64,000 nt of DNA from Eledone cirrhosa (taxonomy: Eukaryota), in the NCBI GenBank assembly GCA_964016885.1, contig OZ024742.1:198710001-198774000 (forward strand), in the 5' to 3' direction. Made by a program: the position numbers and the translations under genes. Positions 42,621 to 59,756 of this stretch are shown here, one piece after another. Within the stretch, counting starts at the first letter, position 1. Each line of letters starts with the position of its first letter. A model generated the notes under the pieces. The model saw only the letters and a program-made list of their open reading frames with translations, was not told the origin of the DNA and searched no databases.

Positions 42621-44483
42621 AGTGTTTATATTTATTAAAAAAACCTTCCATCATAATTTTATGTAAGAACCTTTGTTAAGTTATGTTCCAAACACCAACA
42701 ATGAGAAAGTTAATTATATTATTAAGTCCTCCGAATTCGCAATTATTTTCAAAATTATTTGTAAATCATAGTCAGTGTCTTTCATGAGAAATATGGTAAC
42801 AAAATGGTCAATGGCATATGTAACTGGGATAATTTCCAGCCTGATGAGCCATTAGACATAAGACAGGCTTTAACTGAACCCTTTAGCATTTAAACCACCC
42901 ATATCCGGCCACGATTCTCTCACCTCTTTCTGTTCAAACTGGCTGCTCATACTGATGTTAAGGTATTGTTCTCAAAATAAATAATATCAAAATCTCAGAT
43001 TCAATATTAAGTGAGATAATTATGTGAGGTAAAGCCTTTACCACGAAAATATAATAGTAAATATAGAGTAATGTAAATGATAAAGGAAATAATAAACAAG
43101 AAATCAACTGGGAGATTCTCTCAACAGAGACATTTTTCTAAGGATGGATCAAGGGTAAAGACCCCTTCGGTCACGAATGACCCTGAGATCTGCACATAGA
43201 AGCTCTCCTCAGAGGCGCAAGTCTGGGCAAGGTTCTTTGTGGAAGACCAGCAGTCGCCCATGAATATCAGGCACTCTCCATGCCACCGACTTGTCAAAGG
43301 GAAAGGCAATGGCCGATACAGCTTGGCACAAGTGACGTCGCATCTCATTTGTACAGCTGAGTAAACTTGACCAACATGAAATAAAGTGTCTTGCTCAAGG
43401 ACTCGGTCTGAGAGTCAAACTCAACCTCACAATTGCAAGCCTAATGCTCAAACCACTAAGCTTCATGGATGGATCAGATATATAGTCATATGGTCATTTT
43501 ATTGTGGTATAGCTCCAGTTCTCAACCCTGATTGAGAAAGACTTATGATGAAAAGGTATTCCAACCATGATAACCATGTCTTTTTGTATATCTATATAGT
43601 TGTGTAGTTAAGACATTCACTTCACAACCACGTGGTTTCAGGTTATGTCCCACTACATGGCAACTTGGGCAAGAATCTTCTAAATCCCATCATACTTTTC
43701 ATATATCAATGACATCATACTTGTCATCTATCTTAAGCCCCTCCTCCTATTCTCATTCTTGAACAAGTCTACCTTGGCACAAAACATCCCTGCCTCCTCT
43801 TGCACCCTCCCAGTGTGGGTGCCACTATAAAATCCACTCAGTACTCTCCATGAAGTGGGTGACACTCATACAGTAACAAAAGCTTAAGATAGAAAGAGCT
43901 TTTCAGTCAAATCAATGACTGACAACTTCTATGGGATAGTGCCATGATAAAATACATCCAGTCATTTTGTAATGTAGATTGTGATGAGAAAGACACCCAG
44001 CCAGAAAAACCACCCAACCAATAAAGAGTTAAGAGAACTCTTCAGTTATCCCACACACATCTTACCTAATGCTCATGCCATGATAAAATACGCCTTGTAC
44101 ACTCTGTAAAGTAGTTGGGGGTAGGAACAGCATCCAACTATGAATACCTAGAAACCATGCCAAATAAAAAGTTGAGAGAACTCTTCAGGTGTGTCACATG
44201 ACAACTTACTTTGTGTTGGTGCCATGATACAATCTGGAAAGGGATTGGAAACTGAGTCCAAACTGGAGAATGTGACATGGCTTTTGGCCAATTTAGGATT
44301 CTGACTTCATCTGCAACAATCCATTCAACACATTCCAGCAGGAAGAAAAAACATCAAATGATGCTGATGATACACAAACATATTTCTATCTCTTCTTTTA
44401 TTTTTCATTCTATCATCTAATGAAAGACTCATTCCCTATTATATATCTTCATTGTACTGTACCAGTTTTGGTGTGTTGTTTGG

Positions 44484-47679
<3,196 letters not shown>

Positions 47680-47740
47680 GCCATTTTTGAATGTATTCTT
47701 GGCGCGATCACTTTGGAAAATTAATTGTCTAAATTTGAGC

Positions 47741-47820
47741 TAACTCCTGAAGAATCCGAAGCTCTAGATTTCCAATGTTATCGGATATCTTAAAATGCAG
47801 ACGAAACCATGGTAGAGGTA
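47741..47820 (+). ncRNA. Type I hammerhead ribozyme with a branched stem II region, in a ~410-bp non-coding island (47680-48095)
   Basis: ctc-CTGAAGA-atccga..tcggat-atct..agac-GAAA-ccatgg-TA-gag. Confidence 0.65.
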
Positions 47821-48118
47821 ATTAAATATGTTCACTTTTCTTCTAGTTTATTTTACACCTAATTCTGTTTAGTTGACTGCATATCTGGTCGATTTATACA
47901 CGCTGTCGGAATACTCGATAAATACTCCATCGCAACTGCCGCGAAGGGCTGCTTTCGGTTATTTGTCGGAGATTTCTTCATAGGAGCCTTTATTCTTATA
48001 GCTTGGTCTAATTGATTTTTTATATGGTTAATTATGCTAATTGGGACAGGAAACGGTATATATTTTATCTGGTGATTCTATAGACATGTTTTATGATATA
48101 TATATATATATACACATA

Positions 48119-48172
<54 letters not shown>

Positions 48173-48182
48173 CACATATATA

Positions 48183-48474
48183 CTCTCAGGTCCCAAATAA
48201 TAGAGGATTGTGGACATTTGTTTAAATTCTTATAAGCGGAGGGGCAGGGAGGGGGGGGGGCACCAGTAATCGTATAGTGTACGTTCGTAAATATGGGATT
48301 TCCTGTAATGTTCTTTTTTGTCATATATAATGTTTTTTAATGTAAAATAAAATTATTATTATTAGATTCTCCAGCTGCTGTATCAATATGAATCACTTAC
48401 AATGAAATTTCACCAGAGATAGATTAGCAAAATTTAATAAGTATGTGTGTATGGTGGGTATTGAAGACCTGAGA

Positions 48475-48475
<1 letters not shown>
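48183..48475. mobile_element. TA-flanked MITE (Tc1/mariner-like); partial copy from 3831
   Basis: TA-ctctcaggtc ... gacctgagag-TA. Confidence 0.75.
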
Positions 48476-48547
<72 letters not shown>

Positions 48548-48553
48548 AATATA

Positions 48554-48843
48554 TATAATATAAGATCAAAAGATGGTTAAAGGAGTTCCATGTATTTTAT
48601 TATGCGCATTTCAAAAACAAATATCATCATGCGATGACATTTGCGTTTTCGTCAGATAAAATAGGGAGACGAAAATGTCATCGCATGATGATACTTGTTT
48701 TTGAAATGCGCATAATAAAATACATGGAACTCCTTTAACCATCTTTTGATCTTATATTATTTATACTCCAGTCCTACAAACTGTAGAGTGCTTCTTATCC
48801 GATATCTGCATTGCTTTATTGTACTACAATAAAACTCACCTCC

Positions 48844-48847
<4 letters not shown>
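48554..48847. mobile_element. Ultra-short fold-back PLE (pLTR only), same family as 34724-38390
   Basis: Inverted pLTR arms at 48554-48760, plus a tail matching the reverse complement of 34724-34812. (TA)n on both sides. Confidence 0.88.
48593..48663 (-). ncRNA. Type I hammerhead ribozyme
   Basis: Reverse complement: tattttat-CTGACGA-aaac-gcaaatgtcatc-gcat-gatgatatttgt-tttt-GAAA-tgcgca-TA-ataaaata. Confidence 0.85.
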
Positions 48848-48889
<42 letters not shown>

Positions 48890-49934
48890 TATGTTTTCAT
48901 CTCATTTGACATTGGCTCAGAAATTGGTTGGCATAAGGGCAACTGACCATAGCATACTGCCTCAAAAAAAATCTTGTCCAACCTATGCCACCAGGAAAAA
49001 CTAACTGTAAAAATGATGATGATGATTAATGATGACAATGACAATTGTGATGATAATGATGATGATGGTGATATAACTGCACATTTTACTTTTAAATGGC
49101 TGATGATGAATAGATCCCAGAAACTTTACAGTGATCACAACCAGATCAACAATGATCACAACTATAATAACACAGATCTAGACAATGGCGTCAATGTTCA
49201 GCATAAACTGCAGTAAATTGATTTTTTATTTATATATTTAAGTGTATTTTTAACCTAGAGTTTATCCTGCATTGTGCAGAGCCTGCTTATTAATGCATTG
49301 ATGCAACAAAAATATTACCGCAATCGATGCGTTTCTCTATGTAATATTGGAGACTTATCACCACTGGTCAAATCTTGAAGGGTTTGTTCCCTGCCATAAA
49401 GAGGCCAGCAATAGGAGATGGGACCTCAACTCAAAATACAAAGAGCTGGAACAAATAACTCAAAGACCGAACAGACTTTGTATAATGGTTGGTGTTAGGA
49501 AAGGCACCCAGCCATAGAAGTCATGCCAACAAGGGGCTGAGGACTCTTCAGTTGTGTCAAGGACCTGATAACCTCCCTTGTGCTGGTATCATGATAAAAC
49601 ACACCCAGTAAAGGAGTTAGTATTAGGAATGGCACTATGACAAACAAAGGGTCGAGAGGACTCTTTAGTTGTGTCAATTATATGACAACCTCTCTCGTGT
49701 TGGTGCATGATAAAATGCACTGTGTACACTCTGCATAGTATGATGCTAACCCACCATCATAATCTGGGACTTTATTTATCAAACCTCAAAAGAATGAATA
49801 GCAAAGTTGACATCAGAATGGTTTGAGAGCTAGAACAACTACTGCAAGATATTGTGACACCCAACTATACTCATCATAAGGTCCTTTTGAGGCATTGTTT
49901 TATGGTTGAATACGGAGCCAACTCTTTTAGCTTG

Positions 49935-50050
49935 CTACATTTATGAGAACATGAGCGAACATGGAGCAGCAGAGAAGGCTGGAAAGAACAGAAATGAGAA
50001 TGCTCCAGATGATGAGTGGAGTAATGCTGAGAGAGAGGAAGACAAATCCC
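49935..50050 (+). mobile_element. Old RTE fragment
   Basis: EQQRRLERTEMRMLQMMSGVMLRERKTN resembles the RRLERNE..MLRWM motif of the other copies. Confidence 0.6.
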
Positions 50051-50568
50051 AGGTCAGCTCACATATCTCCTATATTCCTATATTTCTATATATATTCATC
50101 ATCATCATCATTTAACATCCATTACTTCTTTTGAAGCCATAGCTGCTAACCTTGGAAAATGGAGAACTGTTTACCATGAAGGTATATAGTACTTTGAAAA
50201 ATCTCATCTGGTCCATCTTCATGATCTACGATCTAATACCAAGATCCGATCATACATTCCATCCTGCTCTGCTCTAAATGTGGCTCTATGCGTAAATCAG
50301 CAGCTGGCCATTTAAGGCAGAATCATAACAAATTGAACTGAAAAGATTATTGAACCCTCATATGTCAATATACAACAGAAGAATCCATAATATATATATT
50401 TTTTTTTTAGGAACGATCAACATTTGTCAAATCAGACCGAGGAAACAATGTTTCCTAGGAGGTAGAAGGAGCAACGTGAAATAAAGTGTCTTGCCCAAGG
50501 ATATAATGCATCGCTCGGTCCGGGAATCGAACTCACAACCTCATGATTGCGAACCTTCGCTAATATAG

Positions 50569-50633
<65 letters not shown>

Positions 50634-50637
<4 letters not shown>

Positions 50638-50975
50638 CACATGGCTTAGTGGTTAGAGCATTGGCCTTGCAATCGAAAGATTGTGAGTTCAATTCTCAGA
50701 CCGGGTGATGTGTTGTTTCCTTGAGCAAGACACTTTATTTCACATTGCTCCAGTTTACTCAGCTGTAGAAATGAGATGATAGGGACTGGGGTCCATATCA
50801 TTCCACTGCAAAGTGGTCGTGGAGGTGCCACGGCAAAAAAGCACCCAGCACTCACTGTAAATGAGGTTGGTGTTAGGAAGGGCATCCAGCTGTAGAAATC
50901 AAGCCAGAATCAGTTCCCGTCCCACCCTTGCAAGCAGGGAAAAGTGGACGTAAAATGAAATGATGAATGAAATGA
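50634..50975 (+). mobile_element. Full-length tRNA-derived SINE (family B). Related heads at 42012, 43340-43462(-), 50466-50553(-), 54078-54145(-), 58100-58227(-), 60672-60770(-)
   Basis: Near-identical to 38522-38857. Confidence 0.88.
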
Positions 50976-51883
50976 TATATATATATATATAAGTTATAGA
51001 TTTTTATTTTAAAAAAAAACGCAAAAAACTCCAAATGACTTACTACCAAACCTTATTCTGAGCTTGAAATTCACACCATCTACTTACATACATGTACACA
51101 AACTGGTAAATGCTGACAATATATGGCAGGCTTGTCACATTACTTATAAATTGATATGAATATTTGCATTGTAAACAAATATACATAGATGACGTCTCCC
51201 ATAAAACCACTGTTTCAGTAGAATCTGAAAGACCATATCATAAATATATATAAAAAGCACCAGTCAAGTACTGGGGTGGATTGTTCCTCTACATCGCTTT
51301 CTCATTTCTATTCTCTCACTCTATCCTTCTCTGGAAGAAATCTACTGCATTCAGACCTGGAGAGATGATGAGCTCCATCAGGTTGAAAAAATGCCCTAGA
51401 AATACTATATCTCAATATGGCACCCTACAACTCCAATAGCAATTACAGGACTATGTGTGCATGTATATATGTAGTTGCCGCTAGGAAGAGCATCCAGCTG
51501 TAGAAACCAAACAAGAAACAGTTCTGTATGAGCAAGACACGGTCACCTGTCCTGACAACCTTAAATGGGACAACTCATCTAGCCCATATTAGCATGGAAA
51601 ATAGACAATCTATGATGATGATGATGATGATATCCATATATATATCTGCAGTTCTCTCCCAACTGGCTGGAATCCGAATGGCCATGCTATATATTGTCCA
51701 TCAAGAAAGCAGCATTTAATTATGTTTGCTCCAAACGGAGATCATAGAAACAATTGATATGATATCTATGGTTCCAAGGCTTTGTTAGACTATACTGGCA
51801 AGGACTGAGATTATTTCAATTTGTTTTATTTAAACACAACAATCAAGTGTGTATATTATGACTCGTACACTATGCACTTTCCT

Positions 51884-52090
51884 GACATCAGTAGAGCGTC
51901 GGGACACCATACTTTGCGGCCTAGAGTTACGGCCCTTTAAGTTCTGAGTTCAAATTCCGTCGAGGTTAGCTTTGCCTTTCATCCTTATGAGGTCAATAAA
52001 ATAAAGCACCAGTAATGCACTGGGGTCGATTTAACCGACTTTCCCCTCCATCAAAATTTGGCCTTGTGCCTATAGTAGAAATCATTAATA
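51884..52090 (+). mobile_element. tRNA-derived SINE (family A)
   Basis: Same B box and core as 4455-4648. Confidence 0.8.
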
Positions 52091-52833
52091 TATGTACTAT
52101 TCAAGCACCTTTGATGAGTTGAAGTGCACCTGAGCACTGTACACAATATTTTTCATTGTTAAAAATAATAAATAAATAAAGAAATCATTATTATTATTAT
52201 TAAAACATGTGATCTAATGTAAACAGAAAGGATAGGAGGGGGTGAAACTTTATTGCTGCACTTTGTATACAAGTATATACAGCATTTACAGAAAATGTAC
52301 ATTTTATATATTAATAAATCAAAGTGTAATAAGACACGACACAAACTAATTAAACCAATTATATGTGTGTGTATGTGTGCGTATGTGTGTGTATGTGTGC
52401 GTATGTGTGTGTATGTGTGTGTGTTTGTTTGTTTCTTAATGGTTAAAAGAGCCTTATCTTTTTTCTGTCCTAGATTACTTCTCATAAACATCTCACACAT
52501 ACACACACACATATCATCATAATCATATATACACACATATATATATATGTGTGTGTGTGTGTGTATGTGTATAATTATGATTATTATTAATCTGATAAAG
52601 CTGACACAAGATAAAGCTGACACAAGATAGGCACCTATATATATATAGATGTGTGTGTAGTGTGTGTGTGTATATATATATATATGCAAATATGTATGTG
52701 TGGGGCAGTTACATAATATAAATGGTTAAAATTTATACATGTGAATTATGTGATGGAAATGTCTACAAGAATTGAATTATGTAGCTGTTGTATACCAGAC
52801 CACTGAACACATCATTATCACCACCACCATTTT

Positions 52834-53396
<563 letters not shown>

Positions 53397-53471
53397 CATA
53401 TATGCAAGAGGTTAACAGAAATAACAACACAATCGGTACAGTATATGGAAGGGGTATATTAGGTTAACGCG

Positions 53472-53661
53472 TTTGGCAGTATCGGTAGAACATCAGATAC
53501 CATGCTTTGCAGCATAGAGTTACGGCCCTTACGGTCTGAGTTCAAATCCCGCCGAGGTTAACTTTGCCTTTCATCCTTACAAGGTCGATAAAATAAAGTA
53601 CCAGTAATGCACTGGGATAATTGTTGGCCTTGTGCCAAAAGAAGAAACAATTATTATTATT
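53472..53661 (+). mobile_element. tRNA-derived SINE (family A)
   Basis: Same head, core and (att)n tail. Confidence 0.85.
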
Positions 53662-54145
53662 TCTAGGCGTTGAAGACACTACTTTTTCCTAAAATAAGTC
53701 TCAGAAATCTACCATGCGTCCTGGAGGCCAAAGGTTGTTTATTATCTTTTTCAAATTTTTGGTTGTCAAAATTAGCATGCGTCCTCAAGGACGAAGCGCC
53801 TTCAGCGCTGGGAATATCATCATCATTGTTTAACGTCCATTTTCCACGCGAGCAAAAGTTAGATGGGTTGTCACATTAGAGGCAAGTTGGGTGAGTGACC
53901 ATGTCTTGTTCATATAGAACTGTTTCTGGCTAGGTTTCTATGGCTGGATGCCCTTCCTTAATGCCAACCACATTTGCAGTGTGTGTAAATATACATATAT
54001 GTACATGTGTGTGTATATATATATATGAAAATGTTTAACCCCGACGGCAGAGCTCAAGCCATTTCAACGGCTATTTCTGGTCTGAGAATTGAACTCACAA
54101 CCTTTCAATTGCAAGCCCAATGCTCTAACCATTAAACCATGTGCC

Positions 54146-55180
54146 TATCATCATCATCATCATCATCATCTTCGTTTAACGTCCATTTTCCAGAGTAGCA
54201 TGGGTTAGACGGGAGTTGTCCCACTTGAGGCAAGGCCGGTCGGGTGACCGTGTCTCGCTCATATAGGACTATCTGGCAGGTTTTCTACGGCTGGATGCCC
54301 TTCCTAACACCAACCAAATTTACAGTGTGGAACTGGGAACTTTTTACCGTGTTACCTACACAACCACATTACAGTGTGGACTGTGTGTGTTTTTTGTCGT
54401 GACACCTACACGATCTCGATCTCATTTTCTCGTGTTGTTGGTGGGAGTGGGAGGATAGGGTAGGAGTAGTGGATTGGGATGTATATTTGGTTAAGAGGTG
54501 CCTACTGACTGTAGGTTTCGCTTTGTACATAGGTAAGGTGGGTCTTCTGTATTACTGCATAGCGCCAAAGATCTCGGTCCAGAGACATTGTCTTAGAGAG
54601 ATGTAAGTGTGTGAGGTCGGAATTTATCAGATCAACCCAGGTTTTTCTGGGTCTACCTACTCCGTAACTACCATCAATTTTGACCGCCCTGCACTTTTTT
54701 ATGCAGCTGTCGTCTTTCATGCGCATCACGTGACCATACCAACATAGTCTTCTCTCAAGTAAACAGCATCTAATCCCTCTTATTCCTAATTTCTCACTTA
54801 GTTCATTTATGCTTTGCCGTTCACGTATATTACTATTACACATCCAACGGAGCATGTATGCTTCGTTCCTTTCCAGTCTACGCAGGTCCTCTGCACGTAA
54901 TGCCCATGTCTCACTGCCATGTAGCATTGCTGTTCGTATACAGGCATCATACAATCTGCCTTTCATTTTTAGAGAGAAACCTTTTGTGGCCAACAGCGGT
55001 ATAAGCTCTCTGAACGTTTTCCATCCCGTTCTGACTGGCTACTGTACTTTCAGAACACCCTCCACCACTGCTGATTTTGTCACCCAGGTAACGGAAAGTG
55101 TCTACTATTTCTATAGAACCATCTGGGCAATAGAAGGAGCTAGTATCTTGTGGACACTTGCTACTTATTCCACCTGAGCA
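54146..55180 (-). mobile_element. RTE LINE 3' fragment
   Basis: ATKGFSLKMKGRLYDAC..RRLCWYGHV, with 3'UTR and (TGA)n. Confidence 0.92.
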
Positions 55181-55181
55181 T

Positions 55182-55212
<31 letters not shown>

Positions 55213-55545
55213 GGAGAGGGGGAGAGAGAGAGAGAGAGAGTGAGTGAGAGAGAGAGAGAGAGAGAGAGATGAAAAGCACAACACATAAGAAACACACAAA
55301 TTGTGTATACACAGCTAACCTATCCATGTTAGTGCTATATATAGTGGGGTGGCTAACATATCCATGTTAGTACTGTATACAGAAGTGGGGTAGGTAACAC
55401 TAACTATGTTAGTGCTGTATACAGTGCTGGTTATGTAAGGTCCTGGTGGCATTGCAGATTACATAATTAGTTAATCAACATTGGAATTACAGCAAACACA
55501 GACAGAGAATAGAGAAAATATTTGTTTCAGATATTTATATATATA

Positions 55546-57325
55546 TCATCATCATCATCATCATCGTTTAACGTCCATATTCCACGCTTGCATGGGTTTG
55601 GACGGGGGTTTTCCCACTTGAAGCAAGAGTGTTTGTCTTGCTCAGGACTGTCTGGCGGGTTTTCTATGGCTGGATGCCCTTCCTAACACTAACCACATTT
55701 ACAGTGTGGAACTGGGAGGTTTTTACTGTGTTACCTACACGGCCACATTACAGCGTGGACTGTCTGGTGGGTTTTCTACAGCTGGATACCCTTCCTAACA
55801 CCAACCACATTTACAGTGTGGAACTGGGAGGTTTTTACCGTGTTGCCTACACGGCCACATTACAGCGTGGACTGTGTTTTTTTTTGTCGTGACACCTACA
55901 CGACCTCATTTGTTTCGGGCTGGATGTTGTAACACAAACATAACTTTACATTGAAGGGGTGGTGTGGGTGGGGTGGGGGTAGTGGGACGGGGTGTATTTT
56001 GTTAGAGGTGCCTACTGACTGTAGTAGGTTTCACTTTGTACTTAGGTAAGGCGGGTCTTCTCTATTACTGTGTAGCGCCAAAGCTCTCGGTCCAGTGACA
56101 TTGTCTTGGAGAGGTGTAAGTGTGTGAGGTCGGAATTTATCAAGTCGTCCCAGGTTTTTCTGGGTCTGCCTACTCCGTGGCTACCGTCTATTTTTATTGC
56201 CCTGCACTTTGTTATACAGCTGTTGACTTTCATGCGCATCACGTGACCATACCAACATAGTCTTCTCTCGAGTAAACAACATCTGATCCCTCTTATTTCT
56301 AATTTCTCCCTTAGTACGTTTATGCTTTGCCGTTCACGTATGTTACACATCCAGTGGAGCATGCAAGCTTTGTTTCTCTCCAGTCTGCGTATATCCTCTG
56401 CACACAATGCCCAGGTCTCACTGCCATGTAACATTGCTGTTCGTATGCAGGCATCATACAGCCTGCCTTTCATTTTTAGAGAGAACCCTTTAGCGGCCAA
56501 TAGTGGTATAAGCTCTCTGAACTTTTTCCATCCCGTTCTGACCCTAGCTACTGTACTTTCAGAGCACCCTCCCCCACTGCTGATTTTGTCATCCAGGTAA
56601 CGGAAGCTGTCCACTATTTCTATAGAACCATCTGTGCAATGGAACGAGTTAGTATTCTGTGGGCACTTGCTGCTACTTATTGCACCAGAGCACCGGCCAC
56701 ATATAAAATCTATATTCTTAGATAGTTTACCTGTGATCCCACTACATCTTTTATGTACCCATACTTTGCATTTGGGACATAAAATTGAATTTCTGCCTAC
56801 TCTTTTCCTACACACTGAGCAAGGCCATTTCCCAGATGGGACCGGTGCCCTATTTTCCTTCCTACAAACTAGAACTTTAGTCTTAGACAAGTTAACTTTA
56901 AGGCCTTTTGATTCTAGGCCATGCTTCCATGTTTGGAATTTCTTCTCTAGTTCAGCCATTGATTCAGCTATGAGCGTTATATCATCTGCATATAGGAGTT
57001 CCCATGGGTAGCCGGTCTTGAACTCCTCTGTTATAGCCTGAAGGGCAATAATAAATAGTAGGGGGCTAAGGACGGAGCCCTGATGAACACCAACTTTTAC
57101 GCTAAACTCTTCACTATATTCGTTGTTAATTCTAACCTTGCTGGCTGTTTCTTTATACATGGCTTGTATAGCTCTCACAAGCCATTCATCAACACCTAGT
57201 TTTCTAAGGGCCCACCAGATAATCGAGCGGGGTACTCTGTCAAAGGCTTTATCCAAGTCAACAAAAGCTAAGTATCGGGGTTTACTTTTAGCTAGGTACT
57301 TCTCCTGTAGTTGTCGTACAATGAA
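55546..57325 (-). mobile_element. 5'-truncated RTE LINE with an open RT-PHD-C-terminal frame
   Basis: ORF 56042-57325: DLDKAFD, GVHQGS, LLYADD, C4HC3 finger. Confidence 0.95.
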
Positions 57326-59061
57326 TATATATATATATCTGAAACAAATATTTTCTCTATTCTTCATCTTTTTCCATTTCTCCGAGGGTTCTTAACCCCA
57401 CTATCAGGCTAAATAATTTATTTAATTTATTTAATCAAAATACGGTGATAGCTTACATTTCTAATAATATATATATATATATTGAAAAAGTAAATAACAA
57501 CACCAAGGAGTACAGTTACGAAAGGTATTAGGTTCACGCTTGAGAGTGGGGGGATATATATATATATATTGTGACTGGCTCTGTGTATCTGGTTTAGAAT
57601 AAGTATACTGTATTCATGCGTCAGAAGCAGTGACTAAAAGAGTTGGTGTTAGGAAGGGCATCTTGCAGTAAGATAGTTTCTCAAAAAGTCCTGTTCAACT
57701 CATGCCAGCATGGAAAGTCAATGTAAAAATGATGATGATGATATTATATATTGTGAATGAATTAAATAGATGGAAATATTGAGGAAGACTGTTGTATACA
57801 CCAGTTGCTGGGAATGTCTCCCTAATGACATTTATGTCTCCCTAATGACATTTATGTACCACATAAACAATATGTACTACAATATACTGCTTCAATGAAC
57901 ATTAGCAGTATATATGCCATTCTTACAAATAAAATATAGGTTGACCTCAGGAAGAGCATCTCACTCTTGTTCTAATCGATCAACAAGATCCTAGACCTCA
58001 TTCACTTGCTGGGTGGAGTGGACCTCCTCAAATCGGATCAAGAAAACAATGTTTCCATTGGTCTTTCCATTGTTGATACTATCTACCGGTTGCAACTCCT
58101 GGCAGAAGGAGCAAGTGAAATAAAGTATCTTGCTCAAGGACACAATGCATCACCCAGTCTGAGAATTGAACTCGCAACCTCACAAATGCGAATCCAACTC
58201 TCTAACCACTAAGCCACGCATCTTCACTAAGGGCATCTGGCCATAAAAAATCTGCCTCAAAAGTCATGTCTAACATGTGTCAGCATGGAGAAGCAAACAT
58301 AAAAATAGTGATGATATATCATCATCATTATGCATTTGTTTTCCATGCTGGCATGGGTTGGATGGATTATTACAGTCTGAGACTTGATATAGTCTTGCTC
58401 ACATCTCCCATATTTGGCATGGTTTCTACAGCTGGATGCCCTTCCTAATACCAATTGTTTTACAGTGTGTGCTGGAAACATTTTATTGTGGCACCAGCAC
58501 TACCACTGTAAAGAGGTTGGTATCACGATGGGCATCTAGCAATAGAGTTCATGCCAAAATATGGAACATATGAGCAACACCTGATTCACCAACCTATCTT
58601 GTCTTGGACTATAACAACTCATCCAACCCATGCCAACATACAAAACAGACATAAAAATGATGACGATATGTTCTTTTGGGTAACACAAAGATTCATCTTG
58701 TTATATAAAGGACTCAACACAGCAAAAAACTCAGAGTAGTGTTATAGTAACAAACCAACAAATAAATATACTATCCCATATACCAAACCCTTTATCCTCT
58801 GGTTTTGACACATTCAGTCTGATATTCCCCTTCTATACACACACACACACACACGCATGTGTGTGTGTGTATATCATAACTGATACACTGTTCACTTTCC
58901 TGATATTTGTACATTATTCTATGTACTATACATGCACCTTTGATGAGTTGTCATGCACCTGAGCACTGTACACAATAATGTTCATTATTATTTTATTTTT
59001 ATTCCATGTTTTGGCATGGTTTCTATTGCTGCATGTTGTTTTTTGTATTATTATTATTATT

Positions 59062-59258
59062 TGGCAATATCAATAGAGGGTCAGACGCCATGCTTTGCGG
59101 CATAGAGTTACGGCCCTTTACAGTCTGAGTTCAAATCCTACCAAGGTTAACTTTACCTTTCATCCTTACTGGGTTGATAAAATAAAGTACCTGTAATGAA
59201 CTGGGATAATTGCTGGCTTCGTGCCAAAAGTAGAAACTATTAATATTATCATTATTAT
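59062..59258 (+). mobile_element. tRNA-derived SINE (family A)
   Basis: Same head, core and tail. Confidence 0.82.
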
Positions 59259-59366
59259 TATATGATAAATACTTTTGACTGGAACAATAATAACAGCTAT
59301 CATTGACAAAAGATCTTAAATGAAGAAAATGAAACTGGGTTCTTTCAGGCCACAATTGCTCTCAAT

Positions 59367-59401
59367 ATCTGGTTCCCATCAAAGGTTGATGGGAACCAGA
59401 T
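59367..59401. repeat. Perfect 16-bp hairpin with a 3-nt loop
   Basis: atctggttcccatcaa-agg-ttgatgggaaccagat. Confidence 0.9.
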
Positions 59402-59527
59402 AAATGAGCACCATATACTCTGCAGAGCACTTAACCATAAAACTATCAAACAATAAACACACAACCATCATACTGGATTACTGTCATCCATACATACCAA
59501 AACCCACTGTCCACTAGGAAAATATCA

Positions 59528-59756
59528 TTAACCCTTTAGCATTTAAACCAGTCGTATCCAGCCAGAATTCTCTCACCTCTTTCTGTTCAATATGGCCATA
59601 ACCAGTTGCTCATACTTATGTTAAGGTATTGTTCTCAAAATAAATAATATCAAAATCTCTTAGATTCAATATTATGTGAGATAATTATGTGAAATACATT
59701 GTTTGCCATGAAAATACAATAGTAAATATAGAGTAATGTAAATGCTAAAGGGTTGA
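59528..59756. mobile_element. Second piggyBac-like MITE family (also 42877-43087 and a fragment at 2928-3000)
   Basis: TTAA-ccctttagcattta ... taaatgctaaaggg-TTGA, 14-bp TIR. Confidence 0.78.
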
